Assembly: GCF_041929145.1 (NCBI RefSeq)
Contig: NZ_JBHFNU010000005.1
Location: 20,868-84,867, forward strand
Length of the DNA: 64,000 nt
Origin: Aerosakkonema sp. BLCC-F183
GTDB lineage: Bacteria; Cyanobacteriota; Cyanobacteriia; Cyanobacteriales; Aerosakkonemataceae
Reading direction: 5' to 3'
Shown here piece by piece: positions 59,601 through 64,000 of the stretch (positions are counted from its first letter, which is position 1; each line of letters opens with the position of its first letter). The notes beneath the pieces were generated by a model. The model was not told where the DNA came from. It ran no database searches and saw only the letters and a list, made by a program, of their open reading frames with translations. A program made the position numbers and the translations under genes.

Positions 59601-59730
59601 TTCTTACAGAGACAAAGAAGAACATCGAATTCAAGGACTGGAAGCTGGGGCAGATTATTATTTAACCAAGAGTAGTTTCCAGGATGATAGCTTCTTCAAA
59701 GCCGTCATAGATTTGATTGGCGAACCTTAA
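56683..59730 (+). CDS. CheA-like hybrid histidine kinase: Hpt – low-complexity linker – Hpt – dimerization/HATPase_c – CheW – REC (WspE/PixL-like)
   Basis: Two ~75%-identical Hpt domains (MLDLFRMEVEAQAAILNENLLALENQP…HSIKGAARIV / MLELFRLEVDAQTKILNDGLLALESQP…HSIKGAARIV); HATPase (LTHILRNALDHGLE…DDGKGMN); CheW-like domain; C-terminal receiver (ILVVDDSITVREM…VVSDIDMPRMNG). Confidence 0.85.
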   Translation: MTDISGYSMLDLFRMEVEAQAAILNENLLALENQPSSAKELEALMRAAHSIKGAARIVEIDAAVNLAHIMEDCFVAAQSQRITLTPDDIDVLLRGVDMLANISRVENGGLEGFLEENESEIAATRAEIAAILTPGAENKGRTGERESQKSKVKSQNSSSSLSPPPSPSPSSSTPSPSSPTPPPPVSPTLPEPPEAPAAPEMEEVPSIGNSSMLELFRLEVDAQTKILNDGLLALESQPDSLRELEALMRAAHSIKGAARIVAIDAAVNLAHVMEDCFVEAQKQTITLAADSIDILLRGVDLIQNISQLEPAELGVWLKENRQEIETTRQEISAILTPGSAPVPRKKAEPANGQSDAVKPKAQEQTASIDAKTETQIDSSAQPEQQTQSAALVPQSASAKETSVTKQIVKNPPTPIGPAKESKAAPIPTKDTNKDRVVMVSAENLNRIMGLAGETLIEASWLQPYADSLMMLKKRQQELSKVLENLQEACGKSHVDGQTENILKVARDKERECREILLERIHTLELYAGRTANLSDRLYREVIASHMRPFADGVQSFPRMMRDLARKLGKQVNFEIVGKATPVDRDILKKLEAPLTHILRNALDHGLEMPDDRIAVGKPTEGTIKLEATHRSGMLAVTISDDGKGMNLEQLREKIVRKKLASPEMAAKFTESELLEFIFLPGFSTAAQVTEISGRGVGLDIAKSMAHEVGGTVRASSVPGKGMSFHFQLPLTLSVIRTLLVEISGEPYAFPLARIEQLVMLDKSEIAVAENRQYFTLNGENIGLIAAYQVLELPPSSFKSDALPVVVIGDQSNRFGMVVDKFLGERDLVVRPLDPRLGKVQDIGAAALMGDGSPILIVDVIDLVRSIDNLLNTKDKELQQVSDDDGDGKLLETKKRILVVDDSITVREMERKLLENKGYMVEVAVDGMDGWNAVRTNHYDLVVSDIDMPRMNGIEFVSQIKNHPKLNSIPVIIVSYRDKEEHRIQGLEAGADYYLTKSSFQDDSFFKAVIDLIGEP
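57121..57260. repeat. Partial composite STRR-like element ((AGTCAAA)x4 + CT-rich tract) embedded in-frame in cheA, encoding the Ser/Pro linker between the two Hpt domains
   Basis: AGTCAAAAGTCAAAAGTCAAAAGTCAAAATTCTTCCTCTTCCC…CCCCCACTCCCCCGCCCCC matches the arms of the intergenic composite elements (shares AATTCTTCC and CCCCCACT); translated as ESQKSKVKSQNSSSSLSPPPSPSPSSSTPSPSSPTPPPP. Confidence 0.7.
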
Positions 59731-59849
59731 TTTGGATTTTGTTAGTTGGTGCGATCGACAACAAATTTAGTCCAATTTTTTGAAGAAGAGGCTATTTATT
59801 TAGCCTGCAAAAATCAAGATTAAAATAAATTCAACAGTGGGTAATTCAG

Positions 59850-61331
59850 ATGTTTGCTAAGTGGAAATTGAGAGATCGCATATTTTTAGGCTATTCAGTT
59901 CCTGGAATAGTATTTGCTATATTTAGCGCCACAATTTTTGTGAATTCATATAAAACAACGGGCATATTCAAAGATGTGAACTATGCCCAAAATGTCTTGA
60001 TAGAAAGCTATGAGTCTGTTGTGAGTATTTCGATGATGGGTAGGCAAGTTCGCGGCTATCTCCTTGTTAAAAATAGTGATGGTGCTTTGGATAAGTATGA
60101 AAAAGAAAGACAGCGTTTTATCAACAGCACTGCACGTCTAGAACAGCTAATAAAAGACCAGGGACAGAAAGCAAAAATTAAACAAATATCTCAACTGGGA
60201 GAACAATTTCAAGATTTGTCAACGCGAACTTTTCGCATGGTAGATGATGGCAAACAGCAAGAAGCTGTAGTTATATTCCTCAGAGAGTCTAAACAAATTG
60301 TTGATGAGATCGATCGATTGAATCAACAATTTAAGCAAACACAGGAAGAATTTATCACCAGCCAGGTCGAACGTACTACCAAGACCCTTGAGTTACTGGA
60401 AATTGCATCTATAGTGATACCCATTTTTGGATTGGCTGTAATTATTTGGTTCGCTTTACTAATTACAAAGCAAATATCTGGTGCGGGTGGATTGGTTGAC
60501 CAAGTGCAGGACTCCGGTATTAAAGTAACGACTTCAGCTACAGAAATTACCGCCTCTAGCAAACAATTGGAAGCGATGCTTACAGAACAGCTTGCCTCTA
60601 CAAATGAGGTTGTAGCCGCTGCTAAAGAGATTGCCGCCACTTCTAGAGAACTGGTCAAAACGATCGAGGATGTTGCGGCTAAGTCCGTAGCTACTACTTA
60701 TGCAGCAACCGACAGTCAAAAATCTCTGACTCACATGGAAGCAACCATGAGTCAGTTAGCTTCGGCGACGAGTTCTATTTCCGGTAGATTGGAGACAATT
60801 ACAGAAAAAGCGAATAAAATCAATGGTATTGTTGTCACTATTACCAAAGTAGCCGATCAAACCAATTTGCTTTCCCTGAACGCTTCTATTGAAGCCGAGA
60901 AAGCTGGAGAATATGGAGCGGGTTTTTCTGTGGTAGCCAGAGAAATTCGGCGGCTGGCGGATCAATCTGCTGTCGCTACTCTGGATATCGAGCAGATGAT
61001 TAAAGAAATGCAATCGGCGGTTGCAAGTGGTGTAATGGAAATGGATAAGTTCACCAAAGAAATGGTTAGCGGCGTCCAAGATGTCCGCAATATCAGCACC
61101 CAAATCGTAGATATTATCGAGAAAGTGCAGAGCTTGACACCCCGTTTTCAAATGGTGAGCGAAGGTATGGAAGCTCAGTCAGAAGCGGCTGGACAAATTA
61201 GTGAGTCGATGAGCCAGTTAAGCCAAGCATCTGGGGAAACCACTTCTTCTGTGCGCGAACTCAAGGGAGTAATTGAGCGCTTGAACGGTGCTGCAATATC
61301 CTTACAAAAAGCAACCCACGGTCTCAAATAA
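59850..61331 (+). CDS. Methyl-accepting chemotaxis protein (second MCP, four-helix-bundle sensor type)
   Basis: N-terminal TM, ~150-aa sensor, second TM, signaling domain [37 protein letters not shown]. Confidence 0.85.
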   Translation: MFAKWKLRDRIFLGYSVPGIVFAIFSATIFVNSYKTTGIFKDVNYAQNVLIESYESVVSISMMGRQVRGYLLVKNSDGALDKYEKERQRFINSTARLEQLIKDQGQKAKIKQISQLGEQFQDLSTRTFRMVDDGKQQEAVVIFLRESKQIVDEIDRLNQQFKQTQEEFITSQVERTTKTLELLEIASIVIPIFGLAVIIWFALLITKQISGAGGLVDQVQDSGIKVTTSATEITASSKQLEAMLTEQLASTNEVVAAAKEIAATSRELVKTIEDVAAKSVATTYAATDSQKSLTHMEATMSQLASATSSISGRLETITEKANKINGIVVTITKVADQTNLLSLNASIEAEKAGEYGAGFSVVAREIRRLADQSAVATLDIEQMIKEMQSAVASGVMEMDKFTKEMVSGVQDVRNISTQIVDIIEKVQSLTPRFQMVSEGMEAQSEAAGQISESMSQLSQASGETTSSVRELKGVIERLNGAAISLQKATHGLK

Positions 61332-61465
61332 ACGGTTGCCATTGTGGGATAGCGGGAAAAAATCGCGTAGCGTTATCGATCGATTTCCCGCTATCGCAAA
61401 ATATTTTCTGCTTTACTATCACTAATGGCTTTAACATAAGCTTAATAAATAATCACCGCTCGCTG

Positions 61466-62482
61466 ATGAAAATAGCAATTGTTAATGATATGGTAATGGC
61501 CGTAGAGGCAATTCGACGAGTTTTGCTCGCAGTTCCCGAATATGAGGTAGTGTGGGTAGCTCGCGATGGTGCGGAAGCAGTGGCTAAGTGCGCCAAGGAT
61601 ACCCCAGACTTGGTTTTGATGGATTTAATTATGCCAGTCATGGATGGGGTAGAAGCAACTCGCCAGATTATGAAAAATTCTCCCTGCGCGATTTTAGTAG
61701 TAACTGCTAGTGTGGGGAAAAATTCTGGGAAAGTTTTTGAAGCGATGGGACATGGAGCCTTAGATGCAGTCAAAACACCTGTGTTGGGAATGAGCGGAAC
61801 TGCCGAAGGGTCTCAGCCTTTGCTCAGCAAGATTGCTACAATCAAAAAATTGATCGGCAAGTCCACTCCCATTTCCAGAAATAAAACTAATTCTCTGAAT
61901 ATCAAAACAAATTTTCCTCCCTTGGTAGCGATCGGTTCTTCTACCGGAGGCCCAAAGGTGCTGGCAACCATCCTTTCTCGCTTACCTGCTTCTCTCAACG
62001 CAGCTGTGGCAATAGTCCAGCACGTAGACGTTCAGTTTTCTTCCGGTTTAGTCGAATGGCTAAATCAGCAAAGTCAATTACCGGTTATGCTGGCATCGAG
62101 AGGCGATCGCCTGGAAGCAGCCAAAGTCATCGTTGCCGGCACAAACGATCATATGATTTTAACATCAAATTTAACTCTCTCTTATACTAAGGAGCCGCAG
62201 GATTATCCTTACCGTCCATCGGTAGATGTCTTTTTTGAGAGCTTGGCGGAACATTGGCAGCGTAAAGCAATTGCTGTGTTACTGACGGGGATGGGAAGGG
62301 ATGGCGCAGAAGGTTTATGTTTGTTGCGATCGAAAGGATGGCATACGATCGCTCAAAATAAAGATAGCTGCGTTGTTTACGGAATGCCGAAAGCAGCCGC
62401 CGAATTAAACGCGGCCATAGAAATATTACCTCCGGAGGCGATCGCTTCCAGCCTAATTGACCGATTAACTTATTGCCGTTAG
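61466..62482 (+). CDS. cheB: CheB protein-glutamate methylesterase (REC + CheB_methylest)
   Basis: N-terminal receiver ([14 protein letters not shown]…[12 protein letters not shown]); methylesterase motifs [29 protein letters not shown]. Confidence 0.85.
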   Translation: MKIAIVNDMVMAVEAIRRVLLAVPEYEVVWVARDGAEAVAKCAKDTPDLVLMDLIMPVMDGVEATRQIMKNSPCAILVVTASVGKNSGKVFEAMGHGALDAVKTPVLGMSGTAEGSQPLLSKIATIKKLIGKSTPISRNKTNSLNIKTNFPPLVAIGSSTGGPKVLATILSRLPASLNAAVAIVQHVDVQFSSGLVEWLNQQSQLPVMLASRGDRLEAAKVIVAGTNDHMILTSNLTLSYTKEPQDYPYRPSVDVFFESLAEHWQRKAIAVLLTGMGRDGAEGLCLLRSKGWHTIAQNKDSCVVYGMPKAAAELNAAIEILPPEAIASSLIDRLTYCR

Positions 62483-62561
62483 TTATCCCTCCTGTTTTTG
62501 TAGTTACCGCTCCCTATTTTCAGGCTAGACTTCAGAACTAATAATTATTTATGGACGATAA

Positions 62562-64000
62562 AATTACAATTCTACTTATCGACGACCAGGCAATCATCGG
62601 TGAAGCTATTCGCCGAATGTTAGCGCCAGAAAAAGATATTGTCTTTCATTACTGCGGCGACCCAACTCAAGCTTTTAGAGCAGCTAAGGAGTGCAACCCA
62701 ACTGTCATTCTACAAGACTTGGTGATGCCCGATATGGACGGGTTAACAGTGGTACGCTTCCTGCGTTCTAGGGATGCCATAACTGTGAATACTCCCCTGA
62801 TCGTACTCTCCAGTAAAGAGGACCCGGTGATTAAAGCTAAGGCATTTGAATTGGGGGCAAATGACTACTTGGTGAAATTGCCCGATCGAGTGGAGCTAAT
62901 CGCTCGCGTCCGATATCACTCCAAAGCTTATATGAACTTATTAAAACGGCAAGAAGCTGAAGAAATGCTCAAAGCCGAAAACTTGCGTCAGGCTTTGTAT
63001 ATTCAGCAAGTCGATAAAGTCAGCGCAGCCGCAGTATCGGTCGAACAAGATAAGTTTCAACCTGAGAGTTTAAGTGAAGTAGCCGAACGTAAAGATGAAT
63101 TAGGCAAACTGGCAACAGTTTTCACCAATATGGTGCAAACTGTCAAAGCCCGCGAGAAAGAATTGGCTCAAGCAAGGGATCAGTTGGAAGCCATTTTGAA
63201 TGCTGTACCAGGGTCAATTTCTTGGCTTGATTCCGCTGGTGTCTACCTGGGCGTCAATCGCTACATGGCTCAAGATTTGAACCTTCCTCAAGATGCAATT
63301 ATCGGTAAAGAAGTAGGCTTTCTCAAAGGCAGTACACAGTTAGCCGAATTTATGCGTAACTTTATCACTTCAGACGAAACATCGGCCTCCTCTATAATTA
63401 ACGTCGAAGTCAATGGAGTTAAGCGCTATTATTTAGTTGCCGCGCAGAAATATCGGCAAGGTGGAGCAACTGTATCGGTAGGCATTGATGTTACCGATCG
63501 CATGGAAGCCGAAGAAGCTTTACGAATTGCCGAAGAAAATTATCGCAGTATCTTTGAAAACGCACTAGAAGGGATCTTCCAAGCTACAGCTCAAGGCTCC
63601 TTCATCAGCTTAAATCCCGCAATGGCACGCATCTATGGCTATGACTCTGGCGAAGAAATGATGGCTGCCATTACCGACATTGGCACTCAACTTTATGTTG
63701 ACCCAGAGAGGATAAATGAATTCTTTCAAGAGATGGAAGAGAATGGCAAAGTTACAGACTTTGAATATCGAGCTTATCGCAAAGATGGCAGTATCGTTTG
63801 GGTGGAGCAGGATACCCGCGCTGTCCGCGATAGCAGCGGTAATGTACTTTATTATGAAGGTTTAATCCAGGACATCACCCAGCGCAAGCGCCAAGAAGAA
63901 GAACTCAAACGCCAGTTGCAAGAACTCCGCATTGAAATCGACCAACAAAAACGTCAGCAGGAAGTTGCTGCTATTACCCAAAGCGATTATTTCCAAGAAA
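62562..64000 (+). CDS. Response-regulator receiver + tandem PAS protein, 3' partial; output domain lies beyond the window
   Basis: REC (ILLIDDQAIIGEAIRRM…ILQDLVMPDMDGL…LSSKED), coiled-coil, then PAS/PAC blocks (…ENYRSIFENALEGIFQ…GLIQDITQRKRQEE…); the frame is open to the window end. Confidence 0.8.

Noticed and set aside
1-64000. tRNA or rRNA genes
   Set aside because: No stretch with a recognizable tRNA cloverleaf or T-loop (GTTCRANNC) in acceptor context, and no rRNA-like conserved blocks, was spotted in the intergenic regions. A tRNAscan run would be decisive.

Overview
This 64-kb window looks like chromosomal DNA from a filamentous, Oscillatoriales-like cyanobacterium. The evidence for that is dense HIP1 (GCGATCGC) sites, STRR-like heptamer arrays, pentapeptide-repeat proteins, a PEP-CTERM protein and a DevBCA-type exporter. 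Gene content, 5' to 3': a 5'-truncated multi-PAS hybrid histidine kinase; a devBCA-like tripartite ABC exporter divergent from a TetR regulator, with two palindromic operators between them; two ~80%-identical pentapeptide-repeat paralogs bracketing a translationally coupled pair of output-less sensor proteins (a CXXCH-heme/HAMP protein and a Cache multi-TM protein); a CHASE3 kinase / CheY-like regulator / REC-PAS-kinase cluster; sdhA; a HicB-like antitoxin next to a DUF1016 PD-(D/E)XK nuclease; a candidate yybP-ykoY (Mn) riboswitch ahead of a GDT1/UPF0016 (Mnx-type) cation transporter; tandem TPR paralogs; a DUF39 protein; an AI-2E transporter; a 918-aa bacterial major-vault-protein (MVP) homolog with a small downstream membrane protein; two Uma2-family endonucleases beside an NB-ARC STAND NTPase; a PEP-CTERM protein; a cobaltochelatase CobN carrying an in-frame (PTKYQE)n 18-nt tandem-repeat insertion; a CikA-like GAF kinase; an IS5-family (IS427-like, A9 frameshift) insertion sequence; nanE; a Prx5-Grx hybrid peroxiredoxin; a Tat-signal metallophosphoesterase; and a Wsp-like chemosensory cluster (CheW, CheR-TPR, MCP, CheW, CheA-REC hybrid, MCP, CheB, REC-PAS) ending in a 3'-truncated gene. 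Beyond the genes, the window holds several families of small repeats: a composite element ([AGTCAAA]n-[GGGAAGA/GGGGCTA]n-AATATTAATTC-[CCCCCACT]n) present in at least four intergenic copies plus one copy exapted as a coding linker inside cheA; a 13-bp-stem hairpin GAAACCCGGTTTC-TTGAA-GAAACCGGGTTTC in three places; and a GGGTGGGCATTGCCCACCC hairpin after three genes. The most striking loci are the MVP/vault homolog operon, the Wsp-like chemosensory system with a tandem-duplicated Hpt domain in CheA, the output-less heme/Cache sensor pair, and the Uma2-STAND-hairpin locus. All calls are from reading the sequence and ORF translations; no searches were run.
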